Origin: Selaginella moellendorffii
Taxonomy: Eukaryota; Plantae; Lycopodiophyta
Length of the DNA: 64,000 nucleotides
Reading direction: 5' to 3'
NCBI RefSeq assembly: GCF_000143415.4
Contig: NW_003314266.1
Location: 642,463 to 706,462, forward strand
Positions within the stretch are counted from its first letter, which is position 1. Every line of letters begins with the position of its first letter. Under the pieces are notes generated by a model, which ran no database searches, was not told where the DNA came from, and saw nothing but the letters and a program-made list of their open reading frames with translations. Position numbers and translations under genes: made by a program. This document shows, in pieces, positions 25,412 through 39,157 of the stretch.

Positions 25412-26535
25412 CTACAAAGTTTTGGCCAGCCGCTGCATAGCTCGAAAGTGAAGCGACGTCGATGGCATGACAAGGGGCCAGTCCTTCTCCGGGATTTACC
25501 CCAAGCTGCAAGTGTCCTATACTGCAGGAGGTCATACTCGATGAGACTGTTCACCTTGCCCACGGAAAGCTTGTTGCAGAGCGTCATGTAGGGCGTAATA
25601 CCGTCCTTGTGTTTCACCAAGGTGGACACTACGGCCTTCCAATCGTCCTTGGTCCAGCACGGCTTGCTAGGCTTGTTGGCAGGGAGGGCCTCTGGAAAGC
25701 AAGCAAGCCGGACCTCCAAACAGCAGCTTGAGAGAAGCGAGGCCTTCACAGCCTCCCATGACTCAATGCTCCCAGCAGCTCTGGCTAGTAAGCCCATCCG
25801 TCCACCCATATGGCTGTATATGTCCTTCCACAACTCGTCAGACACTCCATCAGAACCCGTCGGTAGGAGCGTCTCAAAGAACTGGCGAGCTTCCGCTTCA
25901 CGCAAATCGCCTACGTGTAAAGTGTCCGCTCGGAGGCTGCCTTTGTAGGCCGCAAGCCAAGTCCCAAAGAAGTTCTCCGAGGATGCCAGCACCACATTCA
26001 TGATGTGCTCCTGCTTCGTCACCATCACAAAGAAAGCGAGCAGCTGGTCGAGCTCTTTCTTGGTCGCTGGATCTGTGGTCCAAGTGCACAACCAGCTGGC
26101 CTCATCCAGAACGATCGTCGGATAGACCTTAGCATAGTCCCCGCCACCTTTCAGAACCAGGCTATTACAAGAGACACCGTAGGACTTGATAGCTGCAAGG
26201 ACGGTCGTCTGCCTTGTCCATCTGGTCCTTGAGAACACTCCAGCTTTCCAGCTCGGCGGGTAAAAAGCTGGACTTGAACAGTCGGGCAACACCCCTCGGA
26301 GAAATCGAGCCGCGCATGTCAGCGGGATACTCACCCTCACCTTGCCTCCGCAGGAGGGCACTCCCCGAATCCTTCGGTCCACTCACCACAACTAAGTTGC
26401 CTCCCGTTACCGAGTCACCTACAGCGGCTACAGCCCATTCAGCGCCGCGAGCTCGTTTTCCCTGGTGAAAACTATCCGCCCCTGATTGAAGTTCGCCACG
26501 CTCGAGGAGAAGCGCCTCAGCATCTTCGAAGCCAT
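25412..26535 (-). pseudogene. ATPase copy 3, disrupted
   Basis: Several small deletions and frameshifts relative to copy 1, including loss of the Walker A Lys (GPKDSG-SA) and a deletion near 25494. Confidence 0.88.
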
Positions 26536-26589
26536 AGCTAAACCTTTTTACACTGCAAGGGTAGTAGGCGTGGAGGCAAAGAAACACGG

Positions 26590-27740
26590 GCCTTTCTTCC
26601 ACGCCTCGCATCGATGGAATAGGATTCACCGTCGACGACGAAGAAAGTCTCTTCGACCATACCCAAGAGCGCACATTTTCGTATTCGCCAGTCCGAACGA
26701 TGCCAAAGTTCTGCGTTGCATATGCGTAACAGTTCCACGAGTCTTGAAGCCTTCCATCGAGGGTGCAAGCCGAGGGGATTGCGAGACTGTCCGGAAAGAA
26801 ACCATTCAAAACCATCGCACGAAACGTCTCCCTGGTATCAGAGAGTTCGACGACACAGATTCTCTCTAGTCCATGGACTGGAAGATGTTCTCCGCAACAT
26901 CAACAAAGCCAGCGCTAGCAAAGACACCGAAGATTGCGTTCCAAGAGAGTACATTGCTGATGAAAACTAAAGCTTGCATAATCTAGATGCCTGTTTAAGG
27001 CAAATGCTGTGACTATTGTGTTCCACGATAAAACATACTGTTGCGGCGTTGAATCGAAGATTTTCTTCACGTCAACTAATCTTCCAAGATATGCGTAAGC
27101 CGCAGTAACTGACGACACCAAATCTCTCTACGGCATCCTGTCAAAGTGAAAGCTCGGGATCTAAAGCTCCCGCTCATGGGAGTAGGCCGTAATCATCGTG
27201 TTCCAGGCGATCACGTCTCTCTTGGGCGCGATCTCAAAGAACCTGCGAGCGAGGCCCAACTCGACGTCGTGGACGAGCGATCCGCGCATGGCGTTCCACG
27301 GCACGACGCTCCACTGCGGCATTCTCTCCAAGAACAATGGCGCAAGGAGGGAATCGCCCTCCTTTCGGGCATAAGCGCTCACCATCGTCGTCCACGACAT
27401 GACGTTCCTGCGATCCATTGCCTGGGACAGTGCCCTGGCCTGCCGGATGTCGCCGTTTTCCACGCTGCCATGGATCATCACATTCCACGAGAAGACGTTC
27501 TTGGCGTGGACATACATTTGGACGAGACGGTTGGCGAGGTACGTGTTGATGGTGGATGGATCGCCTTGCGAGCCGAGGCCCTCTCATTTTCAAACACACC
27601 TAAAATCACGTCTCTCACGTCACGCATTGCCTCGATCGCGATGCGTATCCCTCCACGATGGAGTCTTTGGAAGTGGCAGTGGACTTGAGGCATTGGTTTA
27701 TGGAGTCTTTGGAAGTGGCAGTGGACTTGAGGCATTGGTT
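26590..27740 (-). pseudogene. Degenerate PPR paralog, copy 3
   Basis: PPR fragments (27161-27517 and others) plus a ~42-bp tandem duplication at ~27658-27740. Confidence 0.85.
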
Positions 27741-29793
27741 TGCCACGGTGTTTCCTCAAAGGGGCGCAAGGATTTCTCGATAATGTGGAAAAGAAAAGAA
27801 AAGCCCAGCCTTGGACAACTCAGATCTTCTTCTAAATCAAGAAAAGTTACATCTGGAAAGTGAAAGCTCACACGACAATGAAGTTTTTTATTCTTCCTTG
27901 CAAGATTCAAAGACAATTCTTTTGAGTTCAAAACTCTTGGAATTTCACAAACACACACAAACCAGTTTTCGTGGATGTGATGATCAAACTTTACGTCATT
28001 TCCGATCCAAAGTCAGCATTTATACTTGGGTAGACAATGGCATTAGATTGAAAGGCTGGCCAGCACTCTCAAGTTGTACCACGGCCAAAATGGAAGTGGT
28101 ACCGATTAGACTCCTGGGAGTGGTGCAACAACAAAGCACGCCTTACCTTTGCAAAGAAACGACTCGCACAAAAACTGAAAAAAACCGGAGCCTCCTTTAT
28201 ACTCATTTGGATTGCAAGGCATTTGCCCGAGACAAACTTTAGAAACGACTTTGACTCCTCGCTGACCTTGATTTTTAAAATTGTGGCTTTGTCCGAAGGA
28301 GAGCTAGATCAATGATCTGGTACAGGGGTGAAGATAAAGCCCGACCATCAAATCCACAAAGTTTAGATTGAGGTGATGATAAACTAACCTTGGAAAAAGC
28401 CCACATAGTGAGCTTCCAAGTGTAAAGCTCTTACGCACCGAGGGAGCTGATTTGCGAGCTCCATACGGACAGTGCACAAATATCCAGGTTAGAAAAAATG
28501 CATTGTTATTATCATGGCGGCCATGATTCCATTTGTTGCTAGATTGCGGCTCGCAAGCGACCAACTTATACATGCCGTGCTAGTTTAATCTTGTAGATTC
28601 CAGGTCTTTTTCCCGCATTGCTTACAAGGCTTGCAATAGATCAGCAGCAAGATACAAGAAAAGTTGTGCATACAATGCACCTAAAAAGCCAAACCAGTGT
28701 AAGTTCCTGTAGAGAAGGGGAGAGGTCCCCTCCTTCCATTGATGGGTATAAAGAATTAGAGGTTTTAGCTGGTTGGCATACAGTTTTGCATGCCCAGCCA
28801 TTACTTTATATGCACATATTCTGCTTCATAATATAGAATCCAAGCCCAGCAGCAGCGACAGAAGCAGGAACAGGAGCAGCATAGAAGCAAGGTGGTGGCA
28901 ATTCATGAAATCACCAGGTGTTCCAGTGACCTTCATTTCTCATTCTGCTGGAGCCACAAGACATCTGAAAGGAGAAAGCCGACATCATTTTGCACGCAAT
29001 ATATAGTAAAGCTTGCTTGCTTGCATCATCATGCCCTCTGAGCTCGCGCTTTTGAGTTGAAAGATTCAAAGAAATCGTCGAAGTTGCTCACCAGCTTACC
29101 GAGAAAACTTTGAACTTGGGATGGAGTTTGATTTGATGGTAAGAGCTCCAAGAGGTGGCGTATAATATTGAAATGTCTTCGAAAATGTTCATTCCAAGGG
29201 AGGACATTCCTCCTTTCTTTTCATCCTTTTGGGATCGAGCTTGGTGAATCGAAATTCCCAAGAGCCATTTGATTTATCTTTTAGTCCTCCATCTAGAAAG
29301 CAAATGCCACTGGAACTCTCTCGTTACCCCCACTCCTTATAAATACATGGGCACCATTCCTGTTATCACAGGCGGCCACAAAGGGAAGAAAGGCAGTAAC
29401 AGTGGGAGCAAAGTGCCGCTCCTCCTCCTTTCCTTTCTCATCTCATTGGGCAAACACCAGCCAAACAACGATCATGAGCCTCCCCTGAGTGGCAGCAGCG
29501 CGGACAATCGATTGTCTCACCACCAACACCACCACCATATTTAAGGCATCCTCCTCTCCGAGCTCTGATATTTCCGGCGTCTCGTCTGCTCCTCCCAAAG
29601 ATATTTGAATTCCCCCGTGTGTTTTTCTTTGCAGCTTTCCAACAGCGTTGCGATCATGGTCTGGAATCTCTCTAGAGCAAAACAATAGCTGCATTGACTG
29701 AATCCTCTCCTCCTAGAGAGGAAAGTTTGGTTTTTGCTGCTGTGCTCGTAGAACAGGTCTTCAGGTTTAGAAAGGTTTAGTTCCTGCTACTCG

Positions 29794-32700
29794 ATGGTGC
29801 AAACCGTTCATCTCCTCCTCGCTGTGCTCTTGCTCTTGTTTCCATTGCCTCCAGTTCTCGCTCATGATCAATTCAGAGGCAAAGATGCTGCTGCGGCTGT
29901 TCCAAAGAACTTGGTCCTTGACACTGACCTTGACGTGGAGGATGTTTTGGCAATTCTCTACATTCTCAAGCAAAACAGATCTCTTATAAATCTCAAGGCA
30001 AGTCTTTCTGCACACGGTTTTCTTGCATCATGTCTTGCGTATCACATTGATATCATTCTTGCAACCTGCAATGCTTTTGATAAAGAAGGTGGTTCTTCTG
30101 CTGCCTTGCAGGCAATCACCTTAGACTCAAATGCATGGGTAAATCCGGGTTTTGGAGTCAACATGGTATATGATCTCTTGTTCACCATGGGCCGGGATGA
30201 CATCGCCATCGGTGTCGGAGGGGAGGGAGGCATCACACAAGATGGCACAATCCAGCCAAATGTTGGAGGCTATGTGCCAATTATTGATCAGGTAAAATGT
30301 CTCCTCTCAAATCTTCCATGCTCTCCTTTCTCTCTCCTTCTCCTTCTTTCCACTTCTTTTGTTTGGATGGAGCACCCACAAAGTGGAAGGTTGTTCCTTT
30401 CAGAAGAAACACAAAGTTCTTCTTGAGTTTTTCATTTCCTCCACTTCTTTTTGGTATAAACTACAGCTTATACTTTGGCAGATGCTTTACACCTGTGGGA
30501 GTTGTAGATACAGGCAAGCCATTCCACCAGGAAGAGGAGCGGGGAGCCTTGATGTGGACACGCATTATGGACTCAGAAGCCAGTTCTTACCTCAGGTAAT
30601 ATGCTTAAGTTCTTCCTCTTTCTCTTGTGGAACTAGAGAAAAGAATAACACTTGCAAGGGGGAGAGACACTACATCCCAGGGAAGCAAAGAAGCTCCCAG
30701 GAAGTTCTGCTCGAGGCATTGTCAACAGGATCAAACACAGTGCTGCTCACAGGATCCCACACAAATTTTGCACTGCTGCTCATGACACACCCAGAGGTCA
30801 AGAAGAACATCCAGCATGTCTACATCATGGGTGGTGGGGAGAGTGGCAATTTGTTCACTGGAACTGAGAGCAACCCAAGAGCCGAGTTTAACATCTTCGC
30901 AGACCCATTTGCTTCTTATCAGGTCCAAGATTATGTAGGGACTTTCATCTGTATTCTTAGTATATGGTGAAGCTTTCAGGTTTTTCACTCTGGGCTGGCT
31001 ATAACTTTGGTCCCCTTGGAAGCAACTGATACTGTTCCAGTCACTCAGGAACTTATCACGGCTCTGGAAAGAAGCATGAACAGCCTCGAGGCAAACTATA
31101 CATATCATATGCTCAGCATGCTCAAGCATATCTGGCCTGATGCCTTTTCTCAGGTGAAACGTTGTGTGCATATTTGCAGGAATTGTAATGTGATGTTTAT
31201 GGCAGTATTTCTATCTCTGGGATTCATTCACATCAGCTATCGCAATATCGGGGATGCTCAATGGGCACGATGCTTCCAAAAACGAGTTTGGAACCATAGA
31301 TCCAGCACTCGTAACTATTGTCACGTCCAACGAGCCTTACGGCGTCCGGGATGGCTCCAATCCTCTCTTTGAAACCAAAAGATGGCGGAAGTTTGGGCTC
31401 GAGAAGGGTGACGTCCACAGCGGCCACGTTCAGACGGGCTTGAGAGATCCATTCTGCTATGTTCCTCGGGGCGAAGGCATTTGCAAGGTACTTAGTTACA
31501 TGCAATCCTCCTTTCACATTGGTTTTCTAGGATGGAAGGACGGTGATAACAAAGAACTGTAAAAGTGGTGGTGGGGTCTTGGTCCAGGTAGTAGGACGAG
31601 CAAAACTTTCATACGAGAACAATGAAAAGACTCACACGAGCAAGGTGCTCGACAAAGAATTCTACTCGAGCTTCATCAACGTAAGCATCTTAAGGTCTAT
31701 CCTCTAATCGCTTTTCTCTTTCTTTTTCGTATAGGCACTAAACTCTCCACACCAGTCTGCTCGATTCACCTTCCAAAGGCAGACGCCGTCCATCCGAGAA
31801 AACCAGTACAGGGTCAACTCGAGCGGGCCCAAGAGACTTGGCAAAGGCAAGGCTTTGTTATTCGACATGGACATGAGCCCCGGAGATATTCTCACGCTCG
31901 TCTATCTCCTCAAGGTACCAAGGACAATCGTTGAACTCAAGGTGATTGCGATACCAAAGAAGGAAAAAAGAAAAAGAGAAAAGAGAAAGAAAGAGAAAGG
32001 AGCTAAAGTGGCAAAGTTTGATGAAACAGGCAATCACAGTGTCCGGCAATGGCTTTGCAAACGCGGCCTCGATCGATACGGTGTATGATGTGCTGGACAT
32101 GATGGGAAGGGACGATGTGAGTGTGGGGATGGGAGCTCTCTTTGCTCGCGGCCAAGCTTACTCCAACGCCACTGGAGACTGTAAGTACAGGCGAGCGGTC
32201 CCTCAAGGCACTAGCGGCTTGCTCGACTCGGACACCCTCTACGGCCTTGCACGAAGCCTTCCTCGTAGTCCTCGAAGGTCCCAAAGTTATCCAAACCTTC
32301 TCCTTTTCTTCCTCATCTTCTACTGTTCAGGTACTCTGGGAGATCACAGCTCCAAACTTCAACCGAGGTGATCACCGACGCGTTGCGCGGCCTGGGCGGA
32401 TCCGCAAAGCTCACGGTCGTCGCCGGGGGCCCTGTTACAAACCTGGCGGAGTTTCTTACCGCGACGAGGAACCAAGCTCTCAAAGATCTCATCGAGGTGA
32501 CGTCCAAGGCTTCTTTCCCTTTGATCTCGCATTCACAGGCTTTTACCAGGAAGTCTACGTGCTGGGCGGATCCATCTCGCGCCCCGGCAACGTTTTCACC
32601 GTGGAGGAGAACTCCAAAGCCGAGTTTAACATGTTCCTGGACCCGCTCGCAGCCGAGATAGTTCTTTGTTCCGGTCTGAGAGTGACGCTGCTGCCCCTGG

Positions 32701-33129
32701 ATGTGACGGAGAAAGTATCCCCCGAGAAGGCCTTCCTTAACCATCTGAGATCCCGGCACCGGCACCGGACACCCGAGTCCTGTCTAGTCCACAAGCTGCT
32801 ACGCACTGTCCATGAGCTCAAGACGAAGAACCCGGCCTACGTCCATGCAGTACGTCCCATCTGTTCTATCTTTTCTTCCCTGAATCTGTTCTTGCGTTGT
32901 CCAGGCCAATCCTCTGGGTGAAGTAGTGGCGGCTGCAGTCGCTGTGAACTCCACAGCTCTGGGTGTTGTGTCGAAAGAAGTGGCCATAACTGTCGAGGCA
33001 ACGGGTGACGTCTCTCGGGATGGATGGACCAGAGTTGACGAGCACGGATGCACTGTTCGCATCGTTGAAAAGATCAACCGGACAGCACTGGATTTTCAAG
33101 TTGCCAGTGCACTAACAGCTCCAGCGTAG
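29794..33129 (+). CDS. NSH3: Secreted two-domain nucleoside hydrolase (IU-NH family, NSH3-like), multi-exon
   Basis: Signal peptide. Domain 1: LDTDLDVED, CRYRQAIP, YIMGG, AEFNIFADP. Domain 2: LFDMDMSPGD, CKYRRAVP, AEFNMFLDP. GT-AG introns. Confidence 0.9.
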
Positions 33130-33891
33130 ATTGATCTACTCGCTCAAAACAAATCTGATCAGAACCTGCTACACAAATACCTGGAGAAGTTACTGAACAG
33201 TGAGTAAAAGGGGGCAATTCGCTTCCTCCCAGTTCACAGAACCTTAAAAGTCAGAACTTTGTACAACAAAAGGAGTGCCTTCCCAAATCCTCAAAGATCT
33301 CAATGAAAAACACAAGCGAAACAGGGTACCTGCTGCTTTTCAGCCGGCTTGCTACCATATCTCCATCTCCATTCACCAGAGCGCCACACAGATCTTTGGT
33401 TCCATCTGTAAACCACGGACCATCTCCTCAAGCGTCTGAGTCCAAGCGTCACCTGCAAAACAAAATGGTGAGATGCTATCAAGACCAATTAAAGAGAAAA
33501 CGAACCATCCCGAAGAAAGACGTCAATGTTGAGCTGCTGTGCGAGTACCAATCCAAGTCCATCGCTCCTGTCTATCGGCACGAAGATGGATTTTCTCGTG
33601 CCGCTTATACACTGCATAAAACAGCAGAGAACACGTCCATGGGACACGGCGAGTTATGCTACTCTCCATGTGAAACCACGTGTTAAAAACGATAGCAAGA
33701 AAAACAAAGAGCATGGCGACAAATTGGAGACTTACAGCGAACTGGCAATGTTTTTCTCTGCACTGTGATTACATGGCTAGATAGAAAGCCGATGTGTGTA
33801 CCGCATGGAAAAATAGTTCTGCTAAACGGGATCGCACTCCAAAATTGAAGCAGCAAACAAACACAAACTCGTAAATCAAGGGAATGACCTC

Positions 33892-36800
33892 TTAGCTCAT
33901 GTCCATCACGTCCCCAGCAACAACAGTATCACTCTCGTGGCGGACGGCGTTGTACTTTTCAGCCAGCGTTCCACTCTTCACCACGTTATTGATGAAAGCT
34001 CTAAATCTCGGACTGGACTCTCCGCTGGAAAATCAAGACCATCAGAATCCAGAAGCGAACCAAAGAAGTATGTACCTTATTCTGTCCAGAGAATCAATGG
34101 CACGAAGTGCACTCCGGATCATGTCTTCGTTTCGATCCACCTCTTGTTTGACAGCATCCGGTTTTGTTTTGTTGGTAACCGTCTTCTCTAGTGGCTCAAC
34201 TAGGACGTCCAGAACTGCAAGACAAAAATAAAGAAGGAAATAAACTCGTTCCTGTGATTACGCCAACAAATTTACCTGCTATTACTGCGGATGGGCATTT
34301 TTCGGCCAACTTCGAGAGTATAAGGTGACAGGGCATTTTCACGTCGTAGTGATCTGCAAATCCGAAAGAGCGTTACGAGCCTTTAACTAGCTCTTGTGAA
34401 CGTACCGCTGAGGCCCGATAACAAGTAAGTCAGGAAAGCCGAAGGGTCAATTTGGTCAAGGCAACTGTCCAGCAAAGTGTCAACGCACTCGAATGCACCC
34501 TTCCTCAATTCCAGACCGTCATCCACAGTATGCTTGAAAGGACCTAGATCCACTGTTCTTATAAGCTCTTTCTGCAAAACGAGATTAAAAAACATAACAT
34601 GCTGACTCCAATGAAAAGATCGTACCTTTACAACTGTCTGTTCATACAGAAGCGGAAAGAGCACAGGTAGCAGCTCCTTCACAAGGCTCGGTTTGTTGTG
34701 CCCAGCAGTGCTCAAAGCCGAAACTGCAGCCCGTCTCACATGCTGCATTCGAGCAGAAACAAAAATGATTATAATAGCCCGCTAAAAACGTAAGCACTTA
34801 CTCTATCTCCGTCTTTGATAAGCATAAGAAAAGAAGAGATGCAAAGCTTGATATGCCCATCTATCGGTTGAGGCCGTTCAACTATAGTATATTTGATCGC
34901 GATAACAACTGTTGCTCTTGTAAACGCAGAGGTACTGGATGTCCGAGCCTGCAAAAGAAACTTAGATTTGAATTTCAGCAATCGAGCTTACCTTCAGTGC
35001 AGGAACGAGCCTTTCTGGTTCAATAAGTGCTAGCTTGCCAAGACATTCTGCAACAACGTTTCGGACGCCTTCTTCCTCACTTTCACAATAATTGAACAAT
35101 AAAGAAAGTATCTTTTGGACGTCCGCGTCTTGCAGCTCAATTTTTCCAGCTTCATCAGACGATTGTCGTGCTATAACCTGAACAAGACTGAAATTAAAAA
35201 CCGAGAAGTTAAAAGAAAAAACAAGAACCTACCTCTTTCAATGAATGAAGAAGCAGATATTGCAATTTCGATTGTCTATCTATCTGGCCTAGAATAAAAG
35301 GTAAATACTTCGATAAATTACCGACCGCTACGTTTCCCAGTGCATACGATGCAGCAGACTTGATTTCTTCAGAAGGAGATTGGAACGATCTGATAATAAC
35401 CGATTCTATATCGGGAACGGAGCTTAAGTCTTTCCTTCTGCCGATTTCTCCCAGACACAAGAGTGACAGCAGCTGATGCTATAAAAGTTTCGGTTAAAGA
35501 TTAAACAGAAAGAGCAAAAGTTCTTACCGCATCATGACCGCCAGTTTTGAGACCGTTCACAAGCATTGCGACTGTTGATAGACACTTGGCATCTCCAGCA
35601 GCAAGGCACAACACCGCTGCACACTGTGCTACAGAATGAAACGCTTGCTTGCTGGCAGGCCCCCCCATGGACGACGAATTTTTGGCGGATGACAGCAGGG
35701 CCTCAAGTAGCATGTCAAAGGTGCTAGCCGATTGAACCAGTGATGCAAAAAATGTTTGCAAAGTCTGACATAAAAGTGGGTTAGGAAACGCAGTAAAAGA
35801 ATTCTTCAGTACCTGTAAAGCTTGTCCTTGAAGCAATGAACTTCTTACGAGAACAAGAGCTTGTGGCAGAACTTTTTCGCGAACAGCATTGCCAGCGCTA
35901 ATATGATGCTTCTTATCAGCCATCATTGTACAACACAACTCAAGAGCTAATGCTGCCATATGCAAGTCCGCATCACTGAAAAAAATAGAGAAAGATTCAC
36001 ATGTTTCAGACAGAATAATCGAGATAGACCTGATCAACGCAGATAACTCTGTGATGATGGAATCGTAGCTTGCATTACCAATTTTATCACCATAAGAAAC
36101 TAATAAAGCATTTAAAGTACCAAGAGACGCTTGCCGCAAAGCTCTATTTGCCTGCCGAGAAAAGTATGGTAAGTACCGCGGTACAGTTCGGTGCTTGTGA
36201 AGTTACCTTTCGCAAGAACGTCGTTAGCTCCGCAATCACTTGTTCAAGTACGGCATTAAGGTTGATCTTTAACGGAGATTCCGCGATCGTTGCAAATGCC
36301 TTCATAATAGGAACTATTGACGGCCGGCAGCGAATAAAGAAAAATTTACCTTGACAGCTGTCAGCCGTGTGATCTCATTCCGTAGGCGATCGAGAAGCAA
36401 TGACAAAGAAACAGGAAGTTCCCGCTCAAGCTTGTCTCCAAGGATAGAAACAACCAGCCCCATACAAAATATGGCGCATTCTTTAACTTCCTGCAGTGTC
36501 TTGCTCAGATCAATGGAAGTCCAGGTTAAGGTTTGTAAATACCTGATCTTGATCTTGAGCGGTCAGGCGCTTCAATATTGCACCGTAAATAGGTTGAACA
36601 TACGGTACAAAGTTGAAGGTCGAACCTTGATCAGGGCGAATGGCTTTCACGAGCTCTCCACAAACACGTAAGGCTTCAGCAGTAACTTTATAATAACGCT
36701 CATTAACAGCAGCAAGAACTGGACCGGAGAGAGCCTGCAACAACTGGTTAAATTAAATGACAATCGTCAGCGCGAACCAAACCTGAATGTGTGGATGGAA

Positions 36801-38969
36801 AACTGAAGGAGAATGAGACGGCATGACCAATCGTGTAAATGTCAAAGCCTCAATCTTCAGATTAGAGTTGGAGGATTTATCCTGCGGGACCAAAAAATTA
36901 GATTCAAATCCAAAAGGCCAATTAACTGTACTGACATTTAAAGCTTTCTCCACTCCAGGCAGCAACGAGGCCATGTGGTCCGATAAGCAATTGGGAAGAA
37001 CGACCACAAGTTCTTTTAGCACAGAAAATGCCCCCACCTTCGTAAAGCTAATTTAGAACCACGAATCGATCTAGTAATCATCCATACCCTTGTTTTCACC
37101 GATTTTTCACGAAGTTGACGATTTAAAGTTCTGACAACCTTTGGAACTTCTTGTTGAAGCATATATAAAGGACTGCATACTGAAGTTATTTAAACAACTC
37201 AAAATCATATTGAACAAACCTTGATGGATTAATCTCAGACGACGCTTTTGTCACGTTGCCAGTTTGACGCAAGAGATCAATGAATGCATTGAACACGTCA
37301 ATCTGTTATTCAGAGTGAGATCTTCAACAAGAACAAATGTGACGTTGCTACCTTCACATTTTCTTCTCTTTCGCGAAATCTATCAATAAGCCTTGGGCAT
37401 GCCTGAAAAAAATCGATGAGTATGAAACATTTGAGAGCAGACTTACGGACCTTGCTGTAAAGTGTCGAAAGCATCTCCGGTCTCGATGAGATAACTGCAG
37501 AAAGGCATTTTGCTGCAGCTCTCCGCACCTTCCAGCTTACATCTTCATCGTCACTGTACTCGTCAGCGCTCTCCCTGAGACATAGCTCTTAATACTTCAG
37601 CAGGATGGGGAAACGTAATAAAAACCTACTCATCGTCCTCTTCTTCGCCATCCATGTCTTCATCCTGATCTTCCTCCATATCATCGGTGAAATTGGGATC
37701 ATAACTCAAGTACTCCAGAGCGAGATCAAGAATGGTGCCACAATGTTCTGCCACATCTCGTGGACAGCGCAACACGAAACTTTCCAGCGCCTGTGCAAAC
37801 AGATAATCCTTGCAAGACTAATTTAAAAACTTCACAAACCTGCAGACTGTTTTCTCGAAGCTCATCGTCATTTTCTGAGGCGTTTTGACAGTAACTTATT
37901 AGAAGTGGAACTACTTCATTTAAATGTGGCCCAAAACGATAACCCACGGCACGGCTACAAACAAAAGTACAGTAAAGGAAAATAAAGTATACTTGAAACA
38001 TTTTCTCAGTCATACCAGAAGGCGCAGATCATTTGGATGTTGGTCCTAGTCATGTCGGGCTTCACATCCTTATTCTTCAACAAGTCAACCACGCTGACGG
38101 TTGCCCTTCCCAACAGATCATCGGACATACAAGCAGCCAAAGTCGCTACGCGAGAAAAGATAAGTTGATGTACATTTGTGGAAAAATAGCTTCGTACCTA
38201 AACACTGAATTGCACGTTTTCTCAGACCAGCTCGTTGCAAGTTTAGTTGCACAAGTAAGGCGTTGAGTAACTTTTCGTGTTCTGGGACTAGAAGTGCCCC
38301 AAACCGGTGAAGAACATCACAAAGAATGTCCAAGCATTCACTCTTCACCTCTGTACTCGTGTCCTGAAAAAAAAAAAATTAACTCAGGCGAACCATCTTC
38401 TGATCTACATTGCGTAAACTCACCGTTGCAGTGATGCCTTTGATCAGCTTCGGTGTCAACGCAGCCACGACACACTGCGCAACAGTTCCACTGGCGATCT
38501 CAGACACCACAGTCTTGAGAGCAATGCTGGCAATGTCGCGCTGATGGTCTTTTCCTGTGAGTAGCCTCGTGCAAAGCGACTCTACAATCTCCACGATTTT
38601 GTTCTCATTTACCTTCTTCACTAGAGGACCCAAGCTGAGGAAAAAAGAAAAGAAAAAAAAAACCATCAAACTAAAACTTAGAAACGAAACGAAGCGCAAG
38701 AAATATACGTACCACTTCACAGCGATTCCAGAAATATCCCCGGAGGCATCATCCAGCTGCTGGAGGACAATCTGCGACACCTTCCTCTCGGTCTCGGAGT
38801 CGGCCTTAAAAGACTCCTTCTGGAGTTCATTGAGAAGATCGGAGGTGGCCATATACCGATAATCCTTGTCCTTGGACGCAATCTACACGAGAAATTCGTG
38901 AGAAATCCAGCCCCGACAAACCACACAGCTCACCTTCTCAAGAATCAAGCCGACGGTGAGATTCGCCAT
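33892..38969 (-). CDS. CAND1: Cullin-associated NEDD8-dissociated protein 1, multi-exon
   Basis: [12 protein letters not shown]...[61 protein letters not shown]. Stop TAA at 33894-33892. Confidence 0.96.
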
Positions 38970-39157
38970 GGCTGCGTCAAGAACCCTAGACTACTCTGGC
39001 GCTGTAGAATCGGCCCTACGCGAGCATCACGGCTACCTGGATCATTGGAGACGCTGCCACAAAGATCGCAAAAACCCTAGCCTCAACAAAATAAAACAAA
39101 GCATAACTCTAAAATCTTTGTGATGCCTGCCCCAGGATTCGAACGCCCGACCTCCTG

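Larger units (their letters stand above)
146..28026. repeat. Tandem segmental array X1-Y1-X2-Y2-X3 (period 11,842 bp between units 1 and 2; ~11,850 bp to the partial, more diverged unit 3)
   Basis: Identical or near-identical ORFs recur at +11842 (1719/13561, 5250/17092, 8578/20420). Homology starts at aatacacaga (146/12001/23851). Unit 3 homology ends at gtcagcatttatact (4465 vs ~28026). Confidence 0.97.

Noticed and set aside
28027-29790. Short ORFs (His-tail ORF 29269-29544, hydrophobic 36-aa ORF near 28830-28935) and a weak purine/pyrimidine foldback
   Set aside because: No recognisable motifs, and the pairing is low-complexity.
33300-33770. Splice-like signals and short ORFs downstream of CAND1
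   Set aside because: Could be spliced 3'UTR; no supportable protein.
39121-39157. tRNA-like GGTC...GTTCGAATCC on the minus strand
   Set aside because: The T-stem does not pair, there are no D or anticodon arms, and the upstream sequence is the pfkB last coding exon.
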